DNA from: Zygnema circumcarinatum SAG 698-1b
Taxonomy: Eukaryota > Plantae > Zygnematophyceae
Assembly (NCBI GenBank): GCA_037447605.1
Contig: CM074804.1
Coordinates: forward strand, 8,285,909 to 8,349,908
DNA length: 64,000 nucleotides
Reading direction: 5' to 3'
In this document: positions 11,301 through 26,017 of the stretch, piece after piece
How the letters are laid out: every line of letters starts with the position of its first letter
Numbering within the stretch: position 1 is the stretch's first letter
Notes under the pieces: generated by a model
What the model saw: the letters and a program-made list of their open reading frames with translations, nothing else
What the model was told of the DNA's origin: nothing
Databases searched by the model: none
Made by a program: the position numbers and the translations under genes

Positions 11301-14300
11301 GAAAATCTGTCCTTGCTGAGCTAGTTCCCCCACTCCACTAGCAGAATGAACGTGGAGATAGATGCTTCCTCCAATTTAGCAGCTGAAATCCTGCCCGTTA
11401 AGCTGCAGTCGCACCTTCCCCATACTGCTGCACAAGATGAGGTCGCCTTCTTGTCCATCCACTTCATCCCACTTGGCCGCATTTGTCTGCACGTTCTCCT
11501 TCTCCTTCAGCACATCCTCATCCTCCTCTTGCCCATCGTCCGTTCCAAGCTGTGATAAATCTCCCTGCCCTGTCTCCTGGGGATTGAAAGCTCGATTTTC
11601 AAATCGAATCAGAAGGACGAGTGCAAATACGGAGAAGGCGAGGAGGCCCAGGATACAAGTTGGAACATGGGTCCCCCATGCTAAATAATCGCCTACTGAG
11701 CGAGTGGAGGAGGCAAAGTTCCCTTCTTCTCTAACAAAACTAATGTCCGCTCCAGCAACGTAATGGAAACCCGCAATAAGTGCATATGGAGGGTCAATAA
11801 AAGCCAAGACTGCATGGAAAGTGGAGAAGGGAGACGAGTTTGTGAAGGCAATGGTGAGGAAATACGGGATGATTCCGAGCAGTAAGAAAATAAAAGAGAG
11901 AAGGGAGATAGTCGATTGAGGCCCACGCAAGGCGAAGCTGAGGACATAGGCAAGCAGGATAAGGGCTGGCATGGCTACAGTCAGGAGGACGATAAGGGCA
12001 GGTATTGCCGCCTGTAATGAAATTCAGAGACAGAAAAGAATTAGAGATAAGGGTAGAAAGCAAAACAACCACAGACAGTGCGATGAATAGCTTCAAGATG
12101 TACCTGCACTCCATCGCCATCCTATCATTTCTTACACTGCTAGCGAGCTGAGAATACACGCGTAGTTACCCACTGAGGTTAGGCTGACTATACCGGAAGG
12201 AAGGGCGTATGCCCGAACATGAGGCCCAAAATTAGAATTAGAATTCCAGAAACTAAAAATAGAGTCAAGTCCGCGAAAAATGTGGCCAACCAGTAGGCCA
12301 TCCCACGGAGGCCCGCCACATGGAACATCGTCCGGAAACCCGACTCCATATCCACAACAACCTGGACAAGGACAGTTCCCTCTTCTCAGGTGTACATAGA
12401 GGCAGGACAAAACCAAAATATGTAGTTTGGACACAACTATGAACATCATCTGAGGAATAGTGCAAAAGAAAAACGGTGTCACTACTATCCAAACAAATAT
12501 TACTGCTAGCATAGAAAGAGGAATAGGAACACGATGCCTGAGGTTTACTCAGACCGAAAGTCAGAATTTGGAGGAAGCATACACTCAGCTTATAGAAATT
12601 GGCAAAAAAAAGGGGCGGAAGGGATAGAAAGCCTGCCTGTGCTCCAAAGACAGGCGGCACCAACAATAAACCTTCTGCGATGACTACAGCTACAAAGTAG
12701 CCAAAGAGGTAGCCATAGTCTTCACCAGGAAGTGGATGGCTTATCACACGCAGGCTGATGGGGGTGATTTCTTTGAAGGACTGGTTAATTCGGAAGGCCT
12801 GGAGTGGTCCAGAAATCATGCAGTTTAGCAGACAGAACGAGAAAAAAAGGAGTCAGGACGGAGATTTACGAAGTCTGATACATCGTCTTCTAGCTGACTT
12901 GAGTTCCATAAGTTTGTACGTTTGCGGCTTATCGCAACAATGTAGGGAGACGAGCTCCGACCTGAAGTCAACAGCTGTACAGTAAAAGCTTCACTTAATG
13001 GCAATGGCACAAAAGCAGGCAACGAAACCCGTGCGCAGGGGAACGAGCTGTATGCTGAAAAGGACTGAATCAGGCGACATTGCGGGAATGGCAGAAACAG
13101 ACAAGGAACAGGGAGCACCTGCAGCAGGAGGTTGTCAAATGTAGCTGCGACGATTGGCAGTTGATGGATATGCCATGGCTGGTACAGCACAGTGTACTCT
13201 GCTTGAGAAGCTGTTCCAGAAGGACAAAACGCATGGAATCAGAAGAAGTATGCCAGCCTTTGAAACTCAGATCAATTTCAAAAAGGTGTAGAGATGGGAG
13301 AAAAATGAAAAAGAAAAGGAATTCTTTTCAGAAAAAAGATGGTGATGATATTGATGACGAGCGGCGAAGACGATGTGAATGAAGCAAGTTTGTCATGCTC
13401 CACATTATCATTTGGTGCAATGCTAAAGTCATGTCATTCAGCTATCTTGTCTGCAGGCGACAGCCACAACTAGACCTGGCCTTACATCCCAGAATGCAAA
13501 TGGTGATTTTGAAACAGGCTATAACCTGCAACATATATAAAGCACTGAAGCAAGTAATTAAGGCTTGCCTGTAAGGTTAATGAAATCAAACTTCACACCC
13601 ACTGCCTGGCTGCCGGCCCCGTTCAGTTCCGTGTTTGCTTGATCCTCTGTAAAGCGCAGCATCAACTCTGTGCTGTTCAAGTAGGAGTGGTTGGGCCCCA
13701 GCTGGTCTAATAGACTTCGCAAAGTGGGCACTTGAATTTCATCATTCACACTGTAAAATATAGGGATAGAGTTGGCAAGATCTCGATCCCTCAGCTCTAG
13801 GGCCCGAGGGGAGGACACGTGCGAGGCAGCCTGGATAAGCAGCGCAACTAAAGCGAAACCCTGCTCCAATGACATAGACAAAAAGCACACACAAAACAAC
13901 GAGAGACTGAGATATGTGAGAGTGGCTTTACGTTAGCACAGCAATACTGCTTGTACTTATCTGTCCTAAAATGAAACAAGGTCTCCATTTTGCTGTGGCA
14001 CAACCATGACTGTTTCAGGCCTGTAAGTGCCTCTGCATGTTCTCTTCAAGCTACCGGCTTACTTCTCCTTCATTCCTTCATTTCAAACCATCCACGATGC
14101 CACCCTACATACATACACTAAATGGCCCATACAAAGTGCAGGAAAAAATAGGGAAGGCCTTACCAAAGGTAGTGCAAAAGTGCTGAAAGTGGATCTGATA
14201 TTTCTCCTGCAAATACACAATTCATTGGAACACAAGCTGTCTTCAGAGATTACGAAAGAAAGACAGACATGCTAAGAATCAGTCTTACTTTCAGACAATA

Positions 14301-17300
14301 TGAGAACGCCTACGACATAAAAAAAACAGGTTATAAAAAGAACGGTGTCCAAATTCATACCCATAAACAGCAAGTGACCTTCACACATGCCAAATGGCCG
14401 TAAACTTCACTGATACCAGGTCTCCCTGAAGATGCGCGCTTTACAACATACCTGTACAGCAACATGCGTGACTTCCAGAAAGCCATTGCCTGGGTCCTGA
14501 AGGCCCCTGTACGGCGCTGGTAGCTAAGCGATGCAGCAGATACCATTCGTGAGGGATCAGTTGAGAGAAGGTTCTCGCCCTCCTCCTCGGCAATATTGTT
14601 CGAATTCAGATAGTTCTGGCCTGCGCTTTTGTATTGCACATCCAGTTTGCTTGCCTCCTCCTCTACATCATCTGCAACAAACAGTCACATATGAGCCCCT
14701 GCCAATTAATGTGCAGGGTATGATACATCTATGCTAAGATACGTGTTCCCAAAAGATCAAACGCACTGAGAGTTGCCTTCCTCTACTATTTTGACAAGAC
14801 TTACGGACTGGAAAACATGCATATGCAGAGAATTTGACCGTATTCAATGTTCCAAATTGAGAACACAATACCGTATTCAAAATTGAGTTTTATAGACTGA
14901 ACCTTACAAGATAGGCTGAGATTCACAAGAACAGATTACCAAGCTTCATGAAACGCCATGTTTGCAGCTGCGTGGTATGGTACTCATTTGCTAAAACAAG
15001 TCCGTCTCCTGCTCGGATACTGATGGTTTTGAGCTGCTTCAGTTCTTGGCAGTCTGCTGTATTCTCCTACCTTCAAACTGAAGGAAGACCTCCTCCAGCG
15101 TTGTAGCCTCCAGAGCACCTTCTTCAACCCCCAGCTCCTGTGCGTGCCTGCACATTTCACTTAGATGCCATCTCATAAGCTGCATAGAATTCCAAATGCG
15201 ACAGTTCACATCCAAGAAAAAGAAGCATGTGAAAGTTCGAACTCCGGTAGCTGTCAGGATATACAGTGGAAAATTGCTGGACCAGATAAAAGGTGGAGAT
15301 TGAACGGTTCCTTCTTTCCTACGATGAAACTACAGTGAAAAATATCTCTTCTGTAAGGTTACTGCAACCTTCGCTCTATGGAATGCAGACGAAACCATCA
15401 GAGCACGAAAGCGGTCAATGAATGCAACTGGATTAGTCGAAAGAGTGTGAGAAACCAATTGTACCAAGACCAAATCATTTTGTGAGGAAGCAGAGATAGA
15501 GAAAACTGGCAAGGAAATTGGAAGACCTGGAAGGAATAATTGCAGGAAAGGGAGCATGTTCTCACAGTGTCAACTCCATCAGAAGGTCCTTGGTTTCTGC
15601 AGGTTTTCCAAGAGGAAGCTGGAATGTCACGTGATCCTGCTGTCGGACTGTCGGTACGAGGGAGGCACTTGGGATGTGTTTATGGATAAGTTCAACAACT
15701 GCGGCTCCATTGTACAATTCTGCTTTGCTGACATGTAGCAAATAGCTCAAACCTGCTCATATTGAAACAAAAAAATTAGTACCGTACAAACTCCTTAGGA
15801 TTCAGCCAAAAACACTGTAAGACAATTCCAAAAGCAATGGGAGTGTCATCGAGACAACGAACAGTGCTCTTCTTGAAAACGGGGATCCTTCTCTACGAAC
15901 TGTTCTCGGGGTATAGGCTGTATCTCATCAGTACAGACGCTTAGGGATAAACCAAATTTTCCACTACGCAGTTGCCTCAACTGCGACTCTTTAAACAGCA
16001 TGAGGTTCTTACCGAAGCGATTCCGCAAGAACAATGAAGTTCCACAGCATTTGAGTTGGCCATGACTGATTATGGCCTTCCTATCCGCCATGACATCAGC
16101 TTCCTCCATGCTGTGTGTAGTGAAGACCACCATCCTCCCCCTACGACGACGCGCTAATGCATCCCAAACCTGCGTAGACCATTCAGATCAGCCATGAGAA
16201 ACATGGCATTGTGGAATCGCATATAATCCATGTCCTTGGGGAATGGAATATAAGTGTACAGCAAAGCCCCTTGAAAGCCACGCCTAATCCATTAGAGTGG
16301 AACTTCTATGTAAGTGCTGCTGCACTGGAACGAATGCATTAACAATCGAAGGAATGGCCTGGGCCCATCCCAGGCACTGTAAGGAGTGCACCTGCTTGCG
16401 TGAAATTGGATCAAGTACTTTTGTTGGCTGGTCCAGAATTGCCACCTACAATAGGACCCAAAGTAATGCCTCCCACATGTCATTAATGTGAGGATCTCGT
16501 TATGTATATTATCTTCTGGACGACGATCCCCTTAGCTAGAAATGAATATAAAAGAAAACTTGCCATAATATACAGGAAATGAAACCACAATCATGAACTA
16601 AACTTAATCAACAAGCAGAACAAAATCATTGAAACCCACCATGTTCCATTAAAACATGGGCAACATGGGTTCGCTAATCTGTGTGCATTCCATCATCTAC
16701 CCATGTTCCATCAAGCAGGTGAATGAACAAGACAATCCATTCACCTGCCAACACACACAAATTTGACATTTTTTCCACCAAAGAAAAAAAAGGGAACAAA
16801 CACTTACTTGAGGATTCCCAACAAGGGCGATTGCCAGGCTCAGCTTCCGTTGCTGAGCTGGTGTAAGCGCATAGGCTCGCTTATCTCCATCCTCTGCTAA
16901 ACCTAACTCCACCAACATTTCTTCTGCTACCTGGCGTGATGTCATACGCTGTTGCTGGCTTCTTCCTTCAGGCTCGTCTTGTTGAGCGTCTCTGCCAAGG
17001 TAAATTAGTTCTCCTTTTATGGCAGCAAAATAGCGCAACTGCAAGAAAAAGAAAGCAGCAGGAAGCCAGTAAGAGTAGAGCAACGAAAAAATTAGGACCA
17101 ACCCCCTAAAAACGTAACCTATTGTTAAAACCCCAAAGTACAGCCCACTAGCCTCTGGCAGGGGTATTTGAACAAACAGGCACTCAAAAACAGACAACCG
17201 TTTTCCAAAGCCTCACTTACAGGGCACTGCAAAGTTTATGTGTTGCTGTAACACAACATACAACATGCCAAGCAAGAGAGCAAGGTGATTGCTCAGAGGA

Positions 17301-20300
17301 CCTTTAGAGGGAGCCTTTTGTGAAATAAAATTCATCATGGACCCTCATAGTCTCTTCCACGGATGAAGCATAAGGGATTGTTACCATCACCTCCTTTAGG
17401 TGCTCCTTTACCTGTTCCCTTGCTGTCAAGTAATCAAGGAAGATATTATTCGCAGGACAAACACCAACCAACGACTGCAGTAGATGGCCTGCTCCACAGA
17501 AAAAAAAACCCCAATATCCACCTATTTGAACAACATCTCAGGTGTTGGACACATCAGAGGTTCCTGCTATCATCAAGATACGCGTGGTTAATTTCCTCTG
17601 GCTTAGCTAGTACTAGAAAGGATGCAATAGAGATGTTTGCGATGAATGAATTGGTGTCACGTTAGGCCTCCCTTGCTCTACAATTCATTTGCAAAAAGAA
17701 AATAATAACTTATCAGCTTCATTATGACTAGGCTGAAACTTCCTTGGAACTCAAGTCCCGTGAATAAACTGATGAAGGAGAGGGTCGTACCAGAATCCGA
17801 CTGAGAATGGCCGTATATGCGAACTTCCCCTCCCGATGGCTGTGAGAGTCCTGCCAGCACGCTCATTATTGTCGTCTTGCCTGCTCCACTGTGCCCCTGC
17901 AGAAAGGAACCAAGTCAGATAAAGCTCAGACATCAATCCGAGTACCAAGAATCTCCACATCCCATCCAGTTGGATCCAGGAAACAATTGTAAGCTGAAAA
18001 AACTGTAACTTCCAGATATAATTTATGTCCTACCAATACATACATAGCCAAGGTAGATACGTACGATACAACAGATACCTTACTAGTTAATCACAGACTC
18101 ACCACATCACTAATATTGAGAAAAAAAGGCCAGGAGCTCACCAAAAATGCGAATGTTTGCCCTTCATAGAGTTTTAAACTAAGATCCTTCACAGCTATAG
18201 CGCCTCCCTCTCCGTTCCCTCTGCTTCCTCCTCTGCCATCCCTTCCTCTGCCGTCTATTCTCCCTTTCGCCCAAAACTGCCACCATGGTATCTGGCGATT
18301 AGGGTACACTTTTTGCAGCTTCGAGATGACGATAGCGGCCTTACGAGCAAGCTGGGGACCAACAGGCTCAATATTGGGATTCTGCTCCTCTTGGTGAGCT
18401 TCACCATCTGCAGGCGGAACAAACGATGGTACTGTCAAGAAACATGAGGTGCACCATCCCTAGCTGGAGGTGCAGAGTGTTAAATGAATATGTTAGAACG
18501 TGATCAATGGTTCAGGAAATCCCCATCAATGTTCGTTGGACGACGCTCAAGCCATAACATCGACTCTCTTAAGTCATGAATACTCCTGCATGCCAAAACG
18601 TCAATCTTGACGATAATGCAAATCTGCATGCATTGCGCCAAAAACAGGTTTCTGTTGCATCTGTATATGGGATGACCTGTATGATATATGCACGCACCTT
18701 CAGCACTCTTCTGCGCCAGCTCTTCCATATCTAGACTGTTATCATCAAGCTCCGTTTGCGAAACACGATCTGCCTGAAAATCCAGTAACGACACATCCAC
18801 GCAGAAACGTTCAGATAGGTCAATCCAAAGTTCTTGCACAGGTAGTAGACGGCCTCATTGCTTAACACCAACATGCTACATGCTTCCAAGACAAGACGAG
18901 CAGACTACTACAATACCCACGATGTGGATGAGCAGGACCAAGATTGGCAGAAATCTCGGGAATACTACTGCGGAAAACTCAGCGGACTTCAAGCAGCCAA
19001 CTCTGATCGGCAGTACAAACGCATAAAATCAAACAATCCGTGATATGTACCAGGCTGGAGTAATGTATGGCAGAAGATGGAAACCAATAGCTCTTCTGCA
19101 GAACAAAATTCCACTGCCTTTTGGGACCTCTATCGGGATGCGGCCACACATTATCCAGATACCTGCAGCCCGAAATGATCCCCCTAGTGACTCAATGAAT
19201 AGGGTACACGGGCTTATGAAACTGAGTGAAGTAAGGACACAGTCGGCTGTGCCGGACACAAGGAAAGGGCTATTGAGATTGCGTTACATATACAGTACAT
19301 GCTGAGGGTAATGGACACAGAGGGATTACCAGGCTGCTATAGCATATAGCACCGTGTCTAGAACCATCATCAATACAATGGCTCCCAAGCTCATTGGACT
19401 GGTTGGATCTCCAGGATCGACTCCCACATCCTACCCAAGAAGCAAAAAGGAGGCATTTGAAACTTTTGCAGCCATTGGAGTTGCGGAATACATTAATTCG
19501 AGGATAACTTAATCGCTCAGAAGGACAGAAGCAAAGAGTCAAACTTGTGTCAGACAGGCAGAGACATGAACGTCGCTTAATTTGGCAACAGAAAAATTGA
19601 ACCCGTTTCAAAATATCGCCTCTCCCACGTGAACTACAAACGGTCCAATGTACGACTTGCTTTTTATTCGGACACGAAGGAGCACAGGTCTACAGTCAAC
19701 TAAAAATGTGCATCTTGTACAACAGGACTCGTTGGTCAAAAGGTAACCAAAGTGGGTCATATAAAACGCATTATATCAAATGAAACCTTTTACTGTAGCC
19801 GATAGGTCAGGCATCAGATCCTCCTTCACGTGATGCTTTACACTTTTCAATTTCGGAATGAAGGCATATTCAAATATAAATTTCCACTCCCATCCCTCTC
19901 GCACTACCTGCTTTCAAAACAAAACTCAATTCACTTCTCAATAGACATTTATTCACTTCCTCCTTTAGAATCCCTCACATTATGGCCATAGAAATCCATA
20001 CCGTAGTCCAAAAGGAATACCAATGTACGCCTTCTTTCGTGCCTTCAGCCCGAGTGACAATATCAATAGCAATAGAAAAGCCGATGGGGGAGAAAAGGGA
20101 CAGCAGGAAGCATAAGGGAGAAACCCAGTGCTGCAGATCAATAGGCCAAATAGCCAAGCTGCCAAGGAGCATCAATCCTCCAGCCACAGGGGCAGCACTC
20201 CGAACCTGCGCAAGCAGAAGGATTCATAAGGAACGATGCCACTTCAGGCTGTGGTCATTAACCAAGTGGTCCAGACCACTTCAGGCTTGATTAAACTCCA

Positions 20301-23300
20301 TTCGAACCTTCAAAAGGCAAAGGAAACTCGGGTGAATGTTTTCGGGCACAGACTTCAGTACTGCCCTGATAAATTTTGCACGTTTCTATGGAGCAAATCA
20401 CTTTTCTTCGTCACCTGTTCGTATAAACAGTCTGTATGTGCCTTCGAGTTGGGCATTGGGGCTAACCGTGGTGAACATTGCGCTCAGTGCGAGTGCCATG
20501 GCAATAAGTGATAAAGTGTAGGGGTATATTATGACGAACATGACAAACATATTTGAGTAAGAAAACAATGTTGTCAACTTTGCCGCCACGACCTTCAGCC
20601 CTCCACAGCCTCAACCACGAGGTCAGAGTGACGTCATAGTTCCCATGGCCCCAAAAGGTGGTCGGGTTCCCCATGTAAAAGACATCGCAAAGATAGTTAG
20701 CTGCAAATACAAGCTGGTGGTCTCTGGCTTATGTCCCAGACTAAACCTAAAATAGCCGAGCAAAAACCCTCCGCCACTGCTCTCTTCAATTGATTCCGAT
20801 TAACGTGTTTGTGAAGTAGCTGGGGAAGAGGTAGCAGCTCACAATTACAGTGGACGTCACAATCGCCATCACTGCGTACGGTATCAGGCAGCCGAGCCAA
20901 TAGACGGACTCACGTAGCCCCATTACAAGCATGCAGTCCTGTCCAAAGGAGTGAGCAGTTAGACGTTAGTGAGAAAAGCAAATGATGCTAACAAGGGGAC
21001 AGACACGGAAACCTATCAAGAAGAAAACTGCACTTCGCAACATACACGACGTCCAGGATCAAGGCCATGCATGGTTCCTCTGCAAGAGTTTGGAGACAGC
21101 GTACACCTGCAGCCAGATAAACAGCCTCCACGGTCCACCTTCATTTGTCAGCGGCTGAGCAGAAAGAGCTTCACTCCATAGCTTTGAAATGGATTAACAT
21201 TCAAACAGTCCCTGAAAGACCCTGCAGCTCTCCAGCCAACTTGCACGCACAAATGACTTTTCGAAATGTCCCTTTCAAATTTGTGGGCGAAGCCAGATCA
21301 CACCGTCACACCGATCAGCTGCCTCACCAGACATAACTGCCTTGCAATATTGACAATTCCAAACTTAGATATACCACATGTAAAATTACAGGTGGACGGT
21401 AAGAAGGAGGGGAAGAAGAACAAATTCAATTTATAGCTCACACTCGGGCAAGTCATGAACAACCAGATACTTATCCATGAAAAGCAGGTGCACATCAGCT
21501 TCATGCAGCATTTCACATCCATCGATCACTGAAGAAGCGTACAGCACTTGAAGGAGCAGGCTGAAAAGGGAGGGTAGAGGTACCTTCAAAAGCATTTGTT
21601 TCTCGTGCACTGTATGAATCAGTGTGACCTGCAGCACCGGCGCCAGGGCCCACACCATGTACATGGCTGCAAACAGCTGGAAGTTGGTTGACGAAAAGGA
21701 TCTGGACCCCACCACCCAACCACACATGCATGGCTGAAGGGAGCGAATGACTTTGACGAGCCTACAACACAAAATTGCCACTGCCATAGCTTGAACAATA
21801 CCAAAAAGAATCTGGACCCAGCCTTGTACACCACAATAAAGAGCGCCGCAGCTTTGTGAATAGAGACTTTCTGGTCTTCAGCCTCGCATGCTCCAACTCC
21901 GTGATGCAAAGCACCTAACCTTCAATCCTCACTAGCTTATAAATGTCAAGAACTTTATGGATAGAAAAGACCCAATTCGACAGTTCCTCGGAGTGGCAAA
22001 AACTACTTTCCAAAGTGCATTGCCTACTAAACGATGAAGGTGCACACACAAACATGGCTCACTTAAAAAGACACCCGAATCCCAGATCCAGGGCAAAGAG
22101 AACGATTGACACACTTGTGATAAGGGGGTAAAGGCAGCTGCATGGCATGCGTGCTTCGACGAATTCCCGAGTCAGGAGAGTCAGGTACAGATAGTATTGC
22201 CGCAGCGTGTGCTATGGATGTCTGCAAAGCTAGAAAGCCTGACCTCCTCAATGGCACCATCCACAGTGACAAAGCACGAAATCAGCAATTGTGAACAACG
22301 TGGGGACTGCACTTAAAATACAGATTCCAGCCAATCTTCAGGTTCCATTGGCGCAGCATGGCATGGCTTTTACCAGAAGTAAGATATTTGTGAGCCTGGC
22401 AGTCTGAAAGGATGGACTGATCATATGCTGGTGGCCGACATTCGTCCTTATCCGCCAGCATCTTCGTGGTAGACGGCATATATGTTCCTGCAAGCATACC
22501 ACTGCTGTCTCCGTTTATTCCTGAAGGCCGCACGAAATCTTCAGAGTTAAAAAAATATGGCAGTTATCACCATGCCCAGGCTCCCCCGGCTCCTCCTTGA
22601 AATGAGCACGATATTTGTCGGGATGCTGATGGCAAGAATGCAGTGCTATCCGCTCTTTTGAGGAAATGCTTATCCTGCATTCTCCAGTGCAGCTTACCAT
22701 TAATGCGAATGTGGTAGACGAGCTCCTGTGGAAGCTCAGTACCACCTCCTGCTACTTCGAATATCACAGCGGCAAAGATAGTCTGGAAGAAAATCATGCC
22801 CAGCGGAAAAGCTGAACCAGGGAACTACAAATCCTTTCTCTTATTGTCAGAGAACTCAGAGAAACATCAGCTTTCAATCATGCCAATGTTGCTATACGAA
22901 ACCAAAACTTACTGCAGGATTTTCTTGATAAAATTCCATAAGGTCAGCCTCTGTTTCAAAACCGGCAGACGTCAATGTAGGAAGAGAGGAGTACCTGCAG
23001 GTAGTTCAAACATGAACGAATGCGCAATGGTTGAGGACTAGCATCTTGACGAATGGCCAGTACACTAAACAAGCTTCATTTAACTACAGTTTTTCAAAAT
23101 CAGAGTTATGAACTCACATTGTGATTTGTATTGATCTCCAATAAACAGCAAGAAATGACCAAGGCTTGAAGAGTTTTACGCTTCTCACAGAGAACTCATC
23201 TCTTCAACGGCCTTCATGATTAGTCCTTCAACCTGAGGATGCCCTTGCGGGGCGTAAGCAAGCTGCATGACAGGCCCAGAACAGAGGGTTTTTAACTTTA

Positions 23301-24651
23301 GGTCAGCCAAGGGTCTCAGAAGGGTCTCAGGGATGTTAGCAATTCAAAGCTGAACAATTTCTAAGGTAATGCATTGCATCAACATAAAGAATACTGCAAA
23401 GTGATGAAAACACTGAAACGCATTCAAAAGACGGGAAGGTTTTCCATTCCATTAACCCTGCAGGAGTTCGGTAGCACATCCTTGCATCCTTAGCACAGTC
23501 TTGAAAAACTAGACATCAACGGCAGGCATTATCAAGAACCCTTACTGAGGATACCATAGCCCAAGAAGGCACGCTGCAAAAAAGCAACGCCAAGTATATC
23601 AATGCGATTCAAGTTGGAAAGATATCAAAAAGGCTTTCAGCAAAAGGATACACGTGAGAGCTGCAGGAGTTTCACTTACGGTGTTCTCCCCTATATCACG
23701 GTTTGGGAACCTCCAGCAAGCAGAGGCAGTCCCTGTATTGACGGGAGAACAAACCGCATCCACGGCTGGCTGCATTGGCACTGCCATTTCCTTTACATCT
23801 CTGCATGCCGGTGTCCTCGTAAATGCCCCAATAAAAAAGTAAGTACAGAAAACAAACGTATGTCCATGGTATTATCTGGCAGGCCGTTGTTAAGCGTATT
23901 TTGCGGCGTTTAGATTTTACGTGCCATTTTCAGGTCCATGCTGGAGCACGTGCATAGTCATTGTTACTTTACTAAGGGATTTCAAAGTAGAAGTGCAATG
24001 CCTGGAAGACGTTTATTGCTGGTTTCAAGAACGACAATTTATAAACACTTTAACCACAATGCTCCAAGTCACCGAATGAGGGCTCGATATTGAACCAATC
24101 CAGAGAAGCATGCAAAAACCATTTTAATTACTCGAAAAAGTGTGTTTGTGATGAAAATTCAGTGAGGTACAGCGATGATGTTTTTTCCATCATGATCTGT
24201 ATCATACACTTAGCTCAGCCTGAAAGTACAGAGCTTCTTACGGTTGGACCAGCTTGACGATGATGAGCAGCATGATGATGTAAACCTGTCAACATCACCC
24301 ATGTGTGATGACTATCCTTTCAGATGTGTCGCCATGAATTCTTTCTGAATGAATACATTCTGGTTCCAAAATGGGCACGAAGTAATGAACGATGATCAAG
24401 TGCGGAGGACAAGTTGGCCATTGCCATGTCAGGAGGGAGCAGAAGTGCAAGATATGTTCAGAAGTTGCAAAAACCAACGACATCTTCCGCATGATTGAAA
24501 CGAGGTGGAGGCGCAAACGCTTCTAAAAAACACAGGGTTGAAGACTCACGGGCAGAAAAATTTCTTGCAAAGTTTGGGAACCATCTCTGAGCTTGATAAG
24601 AAAGTTCCGATGCAAAGTTGCTGTAAACTGCGTAAGCCATGAGGCTGCCAT
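8376..24651 (-). CDS. Full-size ABC transporter subfamily A (ABCA1/AOH-like), multi-exon, with degenerate NBD motifs
   Basis: Starts MAASWLTQFTATLHRNFLIKLRD...QEIFLP|VYIIMLLIIVKL (24651-24550, ~24242-24285). TMD1 includes VHEKQMLLK|DCMLVMGLRESVYW. NBD1 has Walker A GHSGAGKTT (~17870-17897) and FTTHSMEEAD...GQLKCCGTSLFLRNRFG, followed by ATTLEEVF. A second TMD follows, then NBD2 with GGENAGKST (~10707-10735), LLLDEPSQG and ICTHS. The C-terminus is GELKCLGFPQQLKQRYG...SQPTLQQVF, stop 8376-8378. Confidence 0.95.
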
Positions 24652-25283
24652 GACTGCAAGGAGTAGTAATGGGAGCGCTCGCGGAGGAAGAGGCCGGACG
24701 CTTGTAGCAAAAATAGGAAGTAAGGGTGGAGGTCGTATGTTACTTCTGTGTTTGCAAAAACCTGCTCATTCCAAAACTGTTCAGACGTTTTTCGCCTCGG
24801 AGTGCATCTGAATGAACCAATCAAAATCCCTGTCCAGGTAGCACCGCTTCATCGCATTCCTTGAACTTGCATGGCTTCCAGAACATAAGACACATGCTCG
24901 GGCGAGTCTCAAATCAGCCGACAACAAGGAACACAGAACGACAATATCCAGCTTTAATCTCAAAAAGCTCTTCTATTGTACTCCTCGATACCAACACGCA
25001 GCATATTGAGACATTTTGTGTTAACCTCAAGAATCTCTCCCCTTGTACTAATCAATACTACCAGCAAGCAGCATATATTTGGACAGCATATTGTTTGTCT
25101 ATCATCTTCCAGCTTTCATAGCTCCCTCGAAGCTGGAGCGCCGTGTTTAAGAAGCAGCAGTCGCTTTCTGTTCCTGCAGACCGTACAATGGCGCCATGAA
25201 ACCTGTACGGAACCATTCCTGCAAACCTGCTCCAATGGGCAAATCTCCATGGCGACAATACCAGCATCGTCCACTGGCTGCTC

Positions 25284-25482
25284 GCCACGTGCACATTTGT
25301 GACACGTGGCATAAAATCATTGGATAACTTCCGATTGATCAAAGTACGTAATTGAGGAGAAGGCCGCAAGATACGCCGTACGTTTGTACATCATACTGTA
25401 CGGATATGCGTTCGTACAAACTCAAAGCTTGTGTACGGACCAACGGCTACCATTACAGTACGGCGGAAATCTCGGAATGTAC
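25284..25482. promoter_or_regulatory. Divergent ABCA/EDR2 promoter: paired G-boxes plus GTAC cluster
   Basis: GCCACGTG (25284) and CACGTGGC (25303) form a near-palindromic arrangement. Eight GTAC lie between 25344 and 25482, including TTCGTACAA (25411-25419), which matches the SPL consensus TNCGTACAA. Confidence 0.5.
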
Positions 25483-26017
25483 GATTATAGTAAAAACTGT
25501 AAATTGTTTGTCTGCTTAAAAAACTAAATGTTGGAATTTGGCCGTTCTGGCTGACGGTGACTTTCAAGACTTGCTCTTATCCCTGCGGTTGACGCAACAG
25601 AACAGGAAAAAAGGCTGGTGAAGCTGAAGCTGAAAAAAAGGAGTTCCTTAAAATTCTTCAGAGAGACCTTTGTGACTGAGATTGCTCATTACTATGTTTG
25701 TCTCCAAATCTATTAACATTTAAATTATCAAGCTGTATCTGAACGCCGCATTTCTGTCACAAACATTGCAAATTTTTTAATGGCCAAAGCGCCAAAAGCA
25801 AGAGGTTTGGGCAAAAACAGCATGTAGGAACTGGCTGATTTGTTTAATTCTGAGCTGAAAATAAGATTTCACCTCAAACACGGCATTCTTCTGTCAATAT
25901 GGAGCATTCTGAATCATAACTGCATTGCATGACGCAGTGGAACCCTAAAGTCGCTAAGCAAAGAAGCATTCATGCTCAGAGCCTTTTCCTCTCATAGGCT
26001 CCTCGCAGAAGTCGGAG

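Noticed and set aside
23641-23651. U12-type donor GTATCCTTT on the minus strand within ABCA
   Set aside because: It gives the wrong phase. A canonical GTAAGT donor at ~23678 joins in frame to the next exon.
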